Shown here piece by piece: positions 36,001-48,400 of a stretch of DNA of 64,000 nucleotides. Both the position numbers and the translations under genes were made by a program. The notes under the pieces were generated by a model. It was not told where the DNA came from, ran no database searches, and saw nothing but the letters and a program-made list of their open reading frames with translations. The stretch is from Hyphochytrium catenoides (Eukaryota; Protista; Hyphochytriomycota). The stretch is from contig FLMG01004130.1 of NCBI GenBank assembly GCA_900088475.1, forward strand, positions 38,908-102,907. The letters are read 5' to 3'. Each line of letters starts with the position of its first letter. Within the stretch, counting starts at the first letter, position 1.

Positions 36001-39000
36001 TACAGCAGAGGAGGAGAACCCAGACGCGGCAGTTGTTGGCATTGAACAGGCTCATCAGCGAGGTTGTAGAGAAAGCATCCAATGAAGAGAATGGAGACCG
36101 AACAGAGACGCTCAGAGAGGCCCTCACTCGTCTATCTTCTAAAATGCCCAAGAGTGAGCTGCGACTAGTAGATGTAAGTGGAGACATCCTTCGTTTTCCT
36201 CTCCTTGCTGCTTAGCGGTGTTCTCAACTTTCAGCGGTTGGTCATTCCAGTTTCTTGTTATGTCCGTGGCTTCAGATGTGGTCGGGGATTCTTCTATGTT
36301 CTCTCTTTCTGTCTCTTGGCGCTTTGCATCGGGCAGTCTCTCCTCACATGTTTGACTTGTGCCTTGCTTTATCCTTCGTCGCAGCTGTTGGTCCACATGG
36401 TGGCCGGGAACAGCCGTCTCTTTCTCCTCTGTTGCATCAGAGCGGGTGCATCATCCTTTCTTGACTCCGTCAACAGTCTTAGAGTTGCGTCTAGGGCTAA
36501 GGAGATAACCACTAAGTGTCACACAGTGTCTTGGCATATAACTGACTCTACGCGTCATAAAGAGAATAAAGGAAGGGTACGTTCAAAGGTGAGCCTCCTG
36601 TCCACTACTGTCTGGCCCCTACTTCTCAACCTCGAAGGCATCCTCCTTCCCGTCATTGGACACCAAGCCCCATCTTTACTAAGCCACGTCTCACCCTTTT
36701 TGGCGTTCTTCACTGTCATCCTCTGTCTCTCCCTTGGGGCTTTTCTCTCTGCTGACCCCCGGCATCGAGAAGGCCCCTTCTGTCCAGAAAGGTCCTCCAA
36801 AGGAGTCTGGTGCCGCGAATCAAGCCGCCGTTTTCCCGTTAAACGAAGAAGTTCCAGGCGCCGGCCCGCCAGCCTCAATCTTTTCAACCTCAGCCTCCCC
36901 GGAGGAGCAGGTGAGTTGAGCTCTTCTCGTTGTGATTAAAGATAGGCTGCGCTTTATTCTGTTAGCTTTCCCAGGCTTACAATGTCTACTGAGTTAGCTC
37001 TTTTTCCTTTCCCAGTGGTCTGCTGTCTTCAAATCGCAATATAACGGACAGTTGGCACTTTCCTTCGCCTGTCTCCCTTTCTTCGATGCTGTTGTCTGTT
37101 GCTCTCCGCCCGAAGCGTCCTACTCCTTGACCATTACTCCTCAGGCCGCTCTGTATGACGCCACCGCAACCCAGCTTTGGAAAGAGATTATGGAGGCTAC
37201 GGAGCGTACGTTTCTTCATTCTTCCCCTTTTCCTTGGATTCTTAAGTTTATCACACTGTCAAGCTTGTCTCCCTCCTTATCAATCGTTTTCGAGCTACAC
37301 TCTCTCACTCTTCGTTTACAACTAACGACTCAGAAGGCGGCTAAATATTCTGTTTTCCAGCGGAGCTCCAAGAGTTAGGGCAGGACGTGCAGTTGGAGAA
37401 TGACGAAAAGAAGGACCTCAAACCATCTGTGGCGCCCTCAGCCCCACCGTCCACTGGTGATGAAGGCAGCCAGAGAGCCAGCGGATTCGATGCTCCCGGC
37501 CAGGCTCCGGTACGAAAGCCAATGAGTTGACTATCTCCACTACATATTTTTCTCTTATCCCTGTTCAAACTATGCCGTCTGCATCTTCGCAGGCTTCCTG
37601 TCTGGTTGCCCTGAGTAAGTTCCTCTACCCTCAACTCTGACTCGCTTCTGGTACGCTCTGTGGCCAGATAGTCTCTCTCTGTCTCAGGCTCTCAATGGGT
37701 TTTCCTCGCCTTCTCAGTTTTCACTTCACTTGGTCCTTGGCTAACAACAAGCATTTCTTACTCTCTTTCCCACTTGCGCCAGAACGGACTTCTGGAGCAA
37801 AACTATGTTACAATCCTGGAGATTTTGAAGGTGGGTGGTTGGACTGGCTTTGGCCCTCACAGAGCAATTGCTGTGTGGCCTTGTTGCACCTTCGTCGCCT
37901 CCTCGACCTTCTAGTACCAAAGTCGCTTCATCAAGAGTAGCTCACCGGTCTTCGTCTCTGGCTTACTGCATATCTCTATACCTACTCTTTGATTACCAGG
38001 AGGAGCATGCAATAAAGGAGCAGCTAGAAATCCGAATGAGGCAACTAGAGCTCACCTTGGAGGAAAGAAGCACTGAATATGAAGTCAAGGTAGGGCAGCA
38101 ATTCAGACTATAGAGAGAACAGACGAAAGAGAGCTCTCAAGAGCAAGAAGAGGGACAAAGAGAACGGCAGCCCGGTGACAGAAAACGATTGGATAGGCTG
38201 TAAGGAATTGACAGTAGCCGGGACTATGGGATAGATGTCATGGCACGTAGAGACAAGTTACTGAAGAGGTTGACATGGGACTATAGATCCATCTGTTGAT
38301 GCCTGACTAATCCTGACAACCGGTTTTCTTTCCTTTCTCATCCTTGCCATGGAGATTGATACTCTTCTCCTGGAGCTCACAAAAACTAAAGCGATGCTTG
38401 CCAACAGCCAGAACGGCTCGAGTATGAGAAGAGTCTTTGACCTGGTATTCATGTCCATTCTGCTTGTTGCTGCTAAGCCCTTCTCCCCTCCAGTCCCTAA
38501 GGACACTAATTCTAACCCTCCCTTCCTGCACGGGAAAAGGACACATAATCTCTTCTCTTTATCCTCATTTCTCAGCTAACTCAGGGCCCAGTATTGCCAG
38601 AATCTGACTCTTCTTGCATTCTCTCTTTCTCCTCATCTGGTTGTTCCTCCTCAGTATGAAGAGGAGATCAGAAAGCATCAGCAAGAGCTTCGATGGCTTA
38701 GAGAGAGCAATGTCCTCTTGCATCTTGGGGTGGGCAACTCCTGGCCGTGTTGATCGACCATACACCTCGTGTCACTTCCTCTGAAAATTTGTCCTTTCTG
38801 TTCCTCTTTGTAGCTCTCGCCTTTCCTTGCACTTCTCTAGCATCTCTCACCTTGCTCAGAGCTCCTTCGGCGTAACTTTTCCCCGTTGACTGTTTTGAGT
38901 TATGATCTCAAGCGACAAGGGGATTGGACTCCCTCCTCGCAGCCTTCCTATGATCTTCCCCATCATCCCAAATGAATTGCCAGTATCCCTTCTTATGCCT

Positions 39001-40622
39001 CGACGTGCAACCGCAAAGTGCTGACATTCGTTGCTCTGTGAAGAGTGTCAAAGCTGGTGACCGTAAGGCAATCAAGGCTCTGGCCAGAGAGAATGAAGAA
39101 CTGAGAGAAAGACTCCTGCAGACTGACCGGAAGGAGAGGAGCTATTGTGCGGCACAGAAGGTCATGGAGGACTTGACAAGAAAGTTTGACAAGCTCAATA
39201 AGTTCGTCGCGCTCTGCCTTACTCCCCTTACCGCTCTCTCTTGCGTCTGCACCTTCAAGTCCATTCGGCAGAAAGCTTCCCTCTTTCTCGGGGACAGCTG
39301 TTTGCCCTTTCTCTGCAAGTCCCTTAATACTGCAAGCAATGTTCCTGGGTACCACAAGTAGCACGCTCTTGACCGTTGAGACCATTGGACGGCAGTTGCC
39401 AAGCAGAGAGTTCCCTCAAGCTCATGCTCCTCTGCTGGGTTTCCGCTTGCGTCTCTGTTATTACCTCCCTCCTTCGCTGCTGTTCTCACTTTGTTGCTAC
39501 CAGGGAGTACAATGCTGCGAAAGAAGAGCTGCAACGGTTGCAGCTTGGGTGGGCAGAGCAAGAAGCTCGAGTGTTCAGGGCCGAACGCCAGAGAGAGCTA
39601 CTCAGGGTACATGCAGCAGAGAGTGAGGCTGCCTGGTAACCCAGCCTTTCTCCTGTGTCTCCATACACTCCGTGGCTTCTTTCCTTTCGTGCCTGTTGTC
39701 AAATGCCCTGAAACCTGATCCGGTTCTTTAGTCCTCCCACTGACTTTATTTTTCTCTTTGAAGTGCCTCTTTGAAGGCGGAGCGAGATATGCTAAGAAGA
39801 GAACTCACAGAGGCCAGAAAGGTAATGGGGAACCAGCAAAGAGGAGTACAGCAATCGGGCCTTGGTGTGGCAGAGCAGTAGACGGAATAGAACTTAGACG
39901 TTGACATGGCGAAGGCAGTGAGCAACTGGTGCAGGACAGGTGCCCTAAGTTGAAAGAAGATAGGCGGAAGAAGAGTCACGATGGAAGCATCAGGCAACGA
40001 GAGTTTAGAGGGCAGCAACTTGCGTCCAAGCGACTCAAGGATTCTCTTCGTAGGAGCACAGAAAGCAAGAGGAACTTGAAAAGCTGGTGCTCAAGCATTC
40101 CTTGGCTGGTCCACCACAGAGAGACATCGCTACCGCCTCTTTGCGAGCGGCAGGTACACGCGCAACTCTCTTTGCTCTTCCACACTAGGCACTTCTATGA
40201 CGTTCTCATTGTTCACTTTCTCTTTGTTCTCTGATTAGCCGCCAAGCCCCGTCGACAAGTGCAGGAGCTGATGAGCCGGCTGCAGTCTGAACTCCGTCGC
40301 GGCCCCACGCACCTACTTCCTCTATGGAACAGGCTCCACGAGCAGCTCTTGGTAGGACTAAAGACTACTGCAACAAACAAGATTCAGGAGAAAGGGCAAA
40401 GAGGTTATACAGGAAGAGGTGCACATTAACATAGATATGGCTACGCTGATGGAGAGACCAGCGCTCTGACGTTTTGGAAGGTCTTCTCTCCTTAGCTTCT
40501 CTTCTCCTTCATGTTACTCATCTTAGGTTCAAGAAGGTGAGCTGCAGGAGCACCAACGCCGCCACCAAGAACTCATTCGTGCAATGGCTCAGAGCAACAA
40601 CGACACGTCCTTCCAAGACTAA
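33012..40622 (+). CDS. divergent kinesin motor domain protein with long C-terminal coiled coil (multi-exon; start approximate)
   Basis: AEVICRIQ; LFTGFNVCLLSYGQSGVGKTSALYG (P-loop 34329-34352); LSLWELEGQD|VRDLL; PNRSHVFLRI; SLHIVDLVGAA; LLALNRLI; GNSRLFLLCCI…DSVNSLRVASRAKEI. Later exons are coiled-coil (KEQLEIRMRQLELTLEE; LARENEELRERL; EYNAAKEELQRLQ). Last exon VQEGELQEHQRRHQELIRAMAQSNNDTSFQD*. Confidence 0.8.
35040..35290 (+). repeat. intronic ~18-bp minisatellite (ctctctctctgtcacttt)n, roughly a dozen degenerate copies
   Basis: The unit tctctctctgtcacttt recurs at 18-20 nt spacing inside a kinesin intron. Confidence 0.9.
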
Positions 40623-41000
40623 ACTTCATTGTTCCTTACTTATCCCAGAAGCCGCGTCCCAATGCCAGACGAGGTCCCTTCAAAACACTGCTGCTGTCAC
40701 TATATTGGTTGACACTTTGAGAGGAATTGTCTCATCTTTTCCCCTTTCCCTCTATTTTTATGTTGAGGTGACGTGGATTCCATGTATATATCTGGCTTTG
40801 CCATCCCATCGATGGTTCCAAGCCATGTTGACCAAGAGAGAGAGGCCATGCCTTTGCTCCTTGGAGTGTAAAATAAAGATAGAGTTATCGACTTGGTTTT
40901 CTGTCTATCTGAGTCTCCGTTTGTATATCTCTCCCCCTCAGAAAGGTGCAAGGTCTGCCCAATGTTCTCTTTCATCCTCTCTTCAAATCCTTCCTCTTCC

Positions 41001-43600
41001 CTAGATTTTGATTAGCTTCGCCTTAAACCTTTCAGCCTTCGTCCTTAAGTCCTCCCTAATTTGGGCCTGAATAAGAAGAAGACATCGGCAAACGAGAAAG
41101 ACAGGAAAGGGAAAGTCAAAGATCAAGGGTGAATATCTGGGCATGGCTGAGCCTCATATAGGTTGTCGCCTTTCTATCGTTCTGTATCTGAACAATCAGC
41201 AAACACTTCCCTTTTTCTCTCTTACTTTTCTTCCCGCCATCTCCTTTCTGGGGTTCCATGGGTCTCTCACCTCAAGCTCTTCAGCCCTTGCGACCAACTC
41301 TTCATTCAGGGTATCTGCTGCTGCTACTTTCTCCGCCATGTAGAGCGCTTTGTAAGGCTTCTTCCTTTGTCGGTAGAGATGTCCCAGATCAACCTCCACG
41401 GCAGCTTTGGCTTCTTTGTCGGGGCAGATTTGCGAGTGGATGCACACCTTGAGCCTAGCGGTAAAAGAAGTGAGAAAAGAAGTAAGAGAGACCTTCACCT
41501 GCAAGAAGAGTACGACAAGAAAGAAAACGCAGTCGCGCTGAGTCGACCGTGAGAAACGGTAAGGCGGTGTCGACAATCATTGTCTTTTCTCTCCCTCCAA
41601 TACCATGTGGTGGCCTCTTTGAATCTCCGTTGTTCTCGCAGATCGGTCGCCCTGTTTTTGAGAAGAACAAACAGTGGCTGGGAGTCCTCAGCGACGGTCG
41701 AGCCAGGAAGGAGAGTAAACAAGTGCAAGACATCCTGGAAAGGAAAAGAGAGCATAAAGAGAGGGAACGGATTAGCGGGAAGGGAAAGGGAGAGACGATT
41801 CCCTCACAGGCTCCGCGAGAGGCATGTAAAACAAACCACAAAGTGCAGTCCCTTATTCATGCCTCTTCAACCTTAAGAGTATAGGCCTTTCTTGCCTTGC
41901 CAATCACGCCAAGGTCAGGTTCTTCCCGTTCCTTATTCATTCCTGCTGGGGGTCGAATCTCGGTCACGTACCTCGGGCTTTGCTCCTGAGTTAAGATATG
42001 ATTGGAAGGCGGCTACTCGTGAACTCTGTTCGTTAGCCTCCTCTATCTCGCGCAGGCAATCCTTCAAGCTGACAAGATTCTTCATATTCTTGTTATCCTC
42101 AGCTTTCACATCCCTCACTGATGTGGCAGCGGGAGAAGGTGATGCTTGGAAGCCAGTGCTAGACGGTCCAGTGAATGTACCGTGGACTGCAGATGGAGGC
42201 TGGAAGGGAAAAACCCGCCTTTTGGCAGGAAGCACTTGGATATCCTCTTCTCTGATAGGGATCTGTACTCAACCACTTTCTTAACGTCTAGCAATGAGAC
42301 AGTAGAAAGGTAAGGCAAGGATAGGTTCTTGAGGCATGAAGGTACGGCTGGACAGAGTAAGAGCGCGTATAAGGAAAAATATGAAGAGAGCTGCTCGAGT
42401 TAGAGTAGCCTCACACGTTACAAATACCGGCAGGACTCTCCAGTGGCCACGACCCATTGCCAACGGGACAATGACAGAGAAAGGACTTAACAGTCACGAC
42501 CCATTGCCAAGGGGATAATGACAGAGAAGACATCGAAGAGATGGAAAGAGAGAAGTAAAGAATAGATACGAAGACGGAGAGGAGTCATCACATCTCGCTG
42601 AGCAACACCTTATGCCAGAGGAGCTTCTTGGTTCCGGTAATCTTAATGGTGCCATCGTACAGCTGGAAGAACTCTGTGGGCATCGGAACATCGTGCATCA
42701 CGTTGATGTCGTTGTCTTCAATGTTGAAGAGTGGAAAGAGCTCTCGCTGAACGAAGATGCCGTTGAAAGTGGTGGACGAGACGAGCTCATATCCTTTTGC
42801 CTTACCTAGCTCAATCAGAGCACGGAGGGAACTGCCCTACAAGGCAATTGTGATTGCCGTGAGAGGTAGGCAAAGCAGAGAGGCGTAGAAAGCATGGGAG
42901 AGTTAGGCTCCTTAGGGATCTTGCTGAGGATTTGTCAGACGAAGAAGTGCCGCCAGAGCTTAGGCTCGTCTCCTACCTGATGTACATCCATTTGTCTTTC
43001 TTGAATGTAGACAATATTGTTAGGGATGGTAGGGTTGAACTCAATGACCACTACCTTAGGCTTGTACTCCTTAAGGCTCTCCCACACGTGATAATCAGCG
43101 CCATCAATGTCCACGACGAGGAGGTCAAAGTCTTTAGGCAAAGGGGTGCTGGCAAACAGAGCGTCCAAGGACTTATCGCCTTCGAAGCTCACGAGCTCCT
43201 TCATGCAGTGAACTTCTTGCCGGCTGTGGGAAGTCAAGTGGCGTGCATCATCTGATGGCGGTTGTAGCTCCTTGTACAGCTTCTCCAGCTCCAAAAAACG
43301 AACCTCGTCAGCTTCTATCAGCACCGCACTCCATTCCTTGTTGTTTATAAGGTTCCAGGTGTTACTGAGGTGCTTGCCATCCCAGGCACCGAACTCCACA
43401 CACCACCGCCGGCGCTTCTCCATGCTCTCCAGATGTAAGAACTGTGATCCCTGGCTTTCTTCGCAATCTAGAATCCTAAAGATTTCTTCAAGCACGCCAT
43501 CCTCACCACCTTGAGAGGTGACGTTGGACCCAAACTGGCGTACTAACCAATCGTGACGCTTCAGCTTCAAAGGAGGTAACCGCTTTAGAAAGGGAGCCAT
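41001..43600 (-). CDS. FkbM-like (Methyltransf_21-related) SAM-dependent methyltransferase with C-terminal helical/TPR-like extension; 6 exons, start approximate
   Basis: NVTSQGGEDGVLEEIF; WCVEFGAWDGKHLSNTWNLI..WSAVLIEAD; FDLLVVDIDGADYHVWESL..YKPKVVVIEFNPTIP; |GSSLRALIELGKAKGYELVSSTTFNGIFV; FFQLYDGTI; |IPIREEDIQVLP. Final exon AQIREDLRTKAERFKAKLIKI* with stop at 41001-41003. Confidence 0.8.
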
Positions 43601-44304
43601 AGCGGTCAATATTGACTGTTTTGTATGGTACGCACACTGGTGGCGTCAGTCGAAGGCCGAAGAGCTACGCGCCGTAGCCAGGACCCTTCTTCTTCTACAA
43701 AGCCATGCGATGCTGCTCGGCGGCCGAGCATGATGATAGAGGTATTGGGTCAGATGCACCCATACTTTCATCCTCTAGCCATTTCTCACTCTTCTCAAGC
43801 CTCAACTCCTGCCGCCCCCCTCTCCTTACTCGTCACTCCAAGCACCGGCTCCCCCAGATCCCTCGGCGTCTGCTTGGATCTGCATAGATTCATTGTCCTG
43901 CCAGCGCCGCCGCTTGTCATATGAAGGTCCGACGGCACTTCCGCTTGGCAAAGCTCCATCTCTTCCGCTGTCAATTGTCAGAGATTGGACTCAGAGATTC
44001 GCATCTTCTCAAATCACATCAGAGGATCAAATCTTGACTTTCCCTTCTGATTACCACAAACTGATTCTTCCCAGAATCAAGGTCTTCTCCATTCCAGTCC
44101 GCCTACCCACCCCCCTGTAAGAGTTATTGGCCAGGAACCGTCCCATCCATCTTAGATTGGTGGCTACTGAAGACAAGGAAGAGGAGGGAGGAGGAGAAGG
44201 GAAAGCTACCACTCAAAGCCATTGCCGCTCTTCATGCAGCGGATCTGGTGCTTTTTTGGTTGGTTGGTGCTCTGCTTGCCGCTGACCCTTTCTGAAGCTT
44301 ATTG

Positions 44305-44475
44305 CCACCTTTTCCCTGCCATCAAGCCATCCAACAGCCTCAAAGGTAAGCGTAAGCCATGGTCTCTTACTAAGGATAGTGATAGGATAGCTATGTTTCA
44401 GTCCCATCTGTAGATTCTGAGAGCTAATCTGAGTTTATATCTTGTCCTTGGGTACCCAGGCACTTAGCACACAAA
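44305..44475 (+). promoter_or_regulatory. putative RPS7 5' UTR with pyrimidine-rich start and 5'-UTR intron 44346-44459
   Basis: ccttttccct at ~44308, donor aaag|gtaagc at 44346, branch-like gctaat at ~44423, acceptor cccag at 44459, then ATG at 44476. Confidence 0.55.
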
Positions 44476-45185
44476 ATGGCTGCTACCAAGAAGATTGTCA
44501 AGCCAGCAGGCCAGGAGCCTGATGAGTTCGAAGAGCAGGTCGCTCAGGAGCTCTACAACCTCGAGAACAGCGCTGCTGAGGTGAAGAACGACCTCAGGGA
44601 TCTGTACATCACTGCTGCCAAGCAGGTTGATGTCCCCGGGGGAAAGAAGGCCATTGTCCTATTCGTCCCTTACAGACTGCTGAAGAGCTTCCACAAGGTC
44701 CAGCAGCGCGTTGTACGTGAGCTGGAGAAGAAGTTCAGCGGCCGCCACGTAGTGATCATTGCTCAGAGAACTATTCTTAGCAAGAACTGGTCCCGCAGCA
44801 GCCACTCCAAGGGCCCTCGCCCTCGCAGCCGCACCCTCACGGCCGTGCACGAAGCTATCCTTGAGGTAGGTGGCGGCGCCTAGAAAGCGCTCTTCTGTGC
44901 TTTGTACCCTTCGGAATGTAGTTGGCCTCTGGGGTTCGCCTCCCATGCCGCGTGCTGAACCGCTGGCTCTTGCTCCCACTCATCACCCATCAGGACCTTG
45001 TCTACCCTACGGAGATTGTCGGAAAGAGAATCCGCTGCACCGTAGACGGACACAAGCTCCTCAAGGTCTTCCTTGACCCTAAGGACCAAGTGAATGTTGA
45101 GACTAAGCTGGACACCTTCGCTGTCGTGTACAAGAGACTCACCAACAAGGATGTTGTGTTCGAGTTCCCTGTGCAGACCGAATAG
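44476..45185 (+). CDS. RPS7: 40S ribosomal protein S7 (eS7); exons 44476-44865, 44994-45185 (193 aa)
   Basis: [45 protein letters not shown]; [16 protein letters not shown]|[14 protein letters not shown]; [15 protein letters not shown]. Confidence 0.98.
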
Positions 45186-45599
45186 ACTGTGATGGCACTA
45201 TCAGTCCTCTTCTTCTCACCCTTTTGATGGCTGGCAGGTACATGGCTGACGGTCAGTTCTTGACCTGCGGAGGATGAACAATTGCTTCTCGCGTCTGCTA
45301 ACTCCTAAGTAATCAATAACTGCTGTCAGCTTAGTACCTTCTCCCAATCCTTTTCACCCACTATCGAGAACGCTTCGGTGAATCGCCAACTGCACCCCTT
45401 TGGCCCGTGAGATATTAGCCAATCATGGGAAAAGAGGAAGGCCTCGAGAAAACGGTTCTTAAAAACAACAGTCACTGACATTAGTGATGATTTTTGAATA
45501 GTAGTAGAGTGGCAGATCTATAAAGCCACATGGGCATTCCATGGTCTTGGTTCTATAACACTCAGGCTTCCCAGTTTAGACAGCTTAGCTTATACGAGT

Positions 45600-48400
45600 A
45601 GCTACTTTGCGACAGGGCATAAGAGTTACACGGCGCCTTCAGAGGGAAGAAGGCTACCTGTATGATTGGCAGGTCCCAACAGTATCCCGCAGCTCGGGTC
45701 TCCATGGTTGTGATCTGTTTGCGGCTGTGTGGTAGCAGGCGTTGTGGCCATAAATCTAACTAAGGCAAAGCTGCAACTCTGAAGGTGTAGCCTAAGCCTG
45801 TCCTCCGATTTTACGCCTTTTCTTCGCGTTGGGATTGCTGTTCTCTGCCTTTTCAAACTCTTCTAGCGCCTTTAGCTGAAGAGCATCATCAAAACTCCTA
45901 ATCGAGAATTTAGGGGTGATGCCAGAAAGCACTGACCAGTTGAGGATTCCGTCGCGCACAGAGCTTGACATCTTCAGCTGTAACGGTCTTTCTGTTTGCG
46001 TGTTTGGCAAACATTCTTGCATCTTGTGCAAGGACTAACATATAACATGTTTCAAGCCCCAAAGACCGAAGGTCAGTAAGTCAGGCGATAGGGTGGGAAG
46101 CAGTCAGGCGATAGGGTGGAATGCAGTTAGGAGAGGACATGCGGTGCCAGTAGGTATTCTATGTGCTAGAAGGTAAGGCAAAATTCTTACTTTCAAGCTG
46201 CTTAAAGGCGAGCTCAGCTAAGACTGCCTTCGTCTGTAGGGTTGTTCAGAGTCAGAGCAAAAGAATAGGCATCTTAGCCACGTATTAGGGCCCTAGAGAG
46301 TCTTTCAGGATCAGGCATCAGTGTGAAAAAGGTATCAGGTTGAGCATTGGGCATACATGAAGAGCGATCTAGGAAAGTATGATGGCAGACTCCAGCCAGC
46401 TTTGATAACTGTACCTGCTTCGTGCACGGCTTCCCTATCATACAAATGCCACGCCAGTTGTCAGATAAGACGACGTCGGCAACTTAGAGGGAGGACACCA
46501 GATGGGCGTTACCTGTTTGATCGTCGACAACATTCGAGACAGTGAACAGCAAGCTTGATCTAGCGTTCTGCTGTTCCTCTTCCTCATCGTCAGGAGAGTA
46601 GGCCGGCGCCGGTGCAAACGCATCCTCCTCCTCCATTACCACGGATCGCTGGTACCACTGCGAAGTAGGCCGACCGTAGGGAAGTGAATATTGTAGAGTT
46701 CGAGGTGCACCACCCCGATCCTGACTCTTAGGTCCTAGCTTCGTTGGGCTAAGGGGAAGACTTCACAACGAAGTAGACTTGAAGTCCAGGCTGAGACCCG
46801 GATACTGATGATGTGGTCTTGAAGAAGCGGACTGAAAGTCTGAAGCTACCAGCCTTAGCGACCAAACCGAAGTAGTCCTTGCCCGCGCTCCTCCTAGTTG
46901 CAGCAGCTGTTGCAGCAGTAAGAACATGGGCTGCTGCTGCCGCTTCGGAAGGTCATGCCACCGTCTTCTCTTGTCTTGCATCCAACATCGTTTCCCGCGT
47001 CCTTCAGACCACCCCCGGGGGTAAGAAAAATATTGATTCCGAATAATTCTCCCTTATCCCTTATCCGTCATCCATTATCGGCCCTTGATCAGATTCTTGC
47101 ATCCGAAGCACTCAGACATCCCCCTGGTTGTTGCCTGGTAGAACCATTGCCGTAGATAGAAAAACCGCGGCCAACCAATCATCCAATGCTCTCTCCTGTG
47201 TATGTGCTACTTGTACCAGCCACAGCCACAGACCAGAAGATCTTTGATGGCCTCCCGATTATGTGTCGTCACAAAGGCAATAGCGCTCTCCTGCAGCAGC
47301 CTTCAGTGAGGCTGACTGACTCTAATCTGGGTGTCAAACCCTTACGGGTGTCTTGGCGAAACAATGGTATGCAACCAGTATCATGGCATGCAAGTCGCCG
47401 GATAAAGGGTAGCGGTTGTCAGTGGTGATGTCCTCAAAGGTTCTCGGGGAACTACAGCTCTCTTTCAGGGAAGACAAAATCTTTCTCTCTCTAAATGTAG
47501 CGCGAGCAGTTCCTCCAGAAGCTTGACCTTCTCTTTCGATGCTCGCTGGAGAAATCCAAACGTCCTTGAGCTTCGAATCCAAAGCGGCTTGCGCCATCAT
47601 GATGATGAACAAAGATTCCCGCGCAGGGGTTTCGAGCAGCGGTTTGCTGCAGTGAAACAAACTCATCATGCAAATAACTCATACTGAATGTATGGCGCGG
47701 CTATCATTACTTTATCTAGTGTCACGGCTGGTCAGTTCATTCTAACCTATATACTTGGGAAGGTGTGCCGCTGGGCAAACTTGTAGGGACTCCTTAGACG
47801 TTGGTTTGATGCCGGGCTTCTACCTCCATTATCCGCGTGAAAGTATGCACGAAGCGATATAAATCAAGCATGCTGGCCCATAAAAAATGGTGGCCAGGGT
47901 GTTCAAGTTATCGCTAAAGGAAACAGCCATGGAAAAGCACCCACGTGAGCGTTCTTCATCGTCTGCGTGGGCCGTCAAGCATGGAAACAACTTTTTAGCA
48001 AGCCCGGGTCTGTTGACAGAGTACCATTGAAGTGACTGCTCTTCATGGGAGCGGGTACCAAGCCTGTGGTATCCTCATCAGTTCAATAAAGTGTTTATAG
48101 ACTTTGCCGATTCGTCTTTCTGCCTCCTTTTCCAAACCCACCTCCTAGCGCTGTCGTCGGGCTCTATCCTGTCCACTCTGCTAACGGTAGCATTGCTCCA
48201 TGGGCTTAGGTGAGCTGATACGACCCCCTTCCTTCTTCCCTGGCCGCAGCTGAAGTTTCTTGGTATCTTCTGGCCTCTCGGGTTATTTTGTGGCACCTGG
48301 TAATCCTCACCAAGTGGTAGTCTTTCCTGCTGCTGCCTCCTCATGCCCTTCAAGCTCTTTGCATTCATCATTGTCTAATCGTGAGTGATTTTGGGGGTTC
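45600..48400 (-). pseudogene. probable decayed coding/transposon-derived sequence of unknown family
   Basis: No (CT)n tracts. Short coding-like minus-strand fragments broken by stops (MEEEDAFAPAPAYSPDDEEEEQQN; LQLKALEEFEKAENSNPNAKKRRK; RTFEDITTDN). No intact ORF or splice model found. Confidence 0.3.

Noticed and set aside
47334-47669. ITTDN as a hAT transposase catalytic motif
   Set aside because: It is a five-residue match with no other hAT motifs or terminal inverted repeats recognised.
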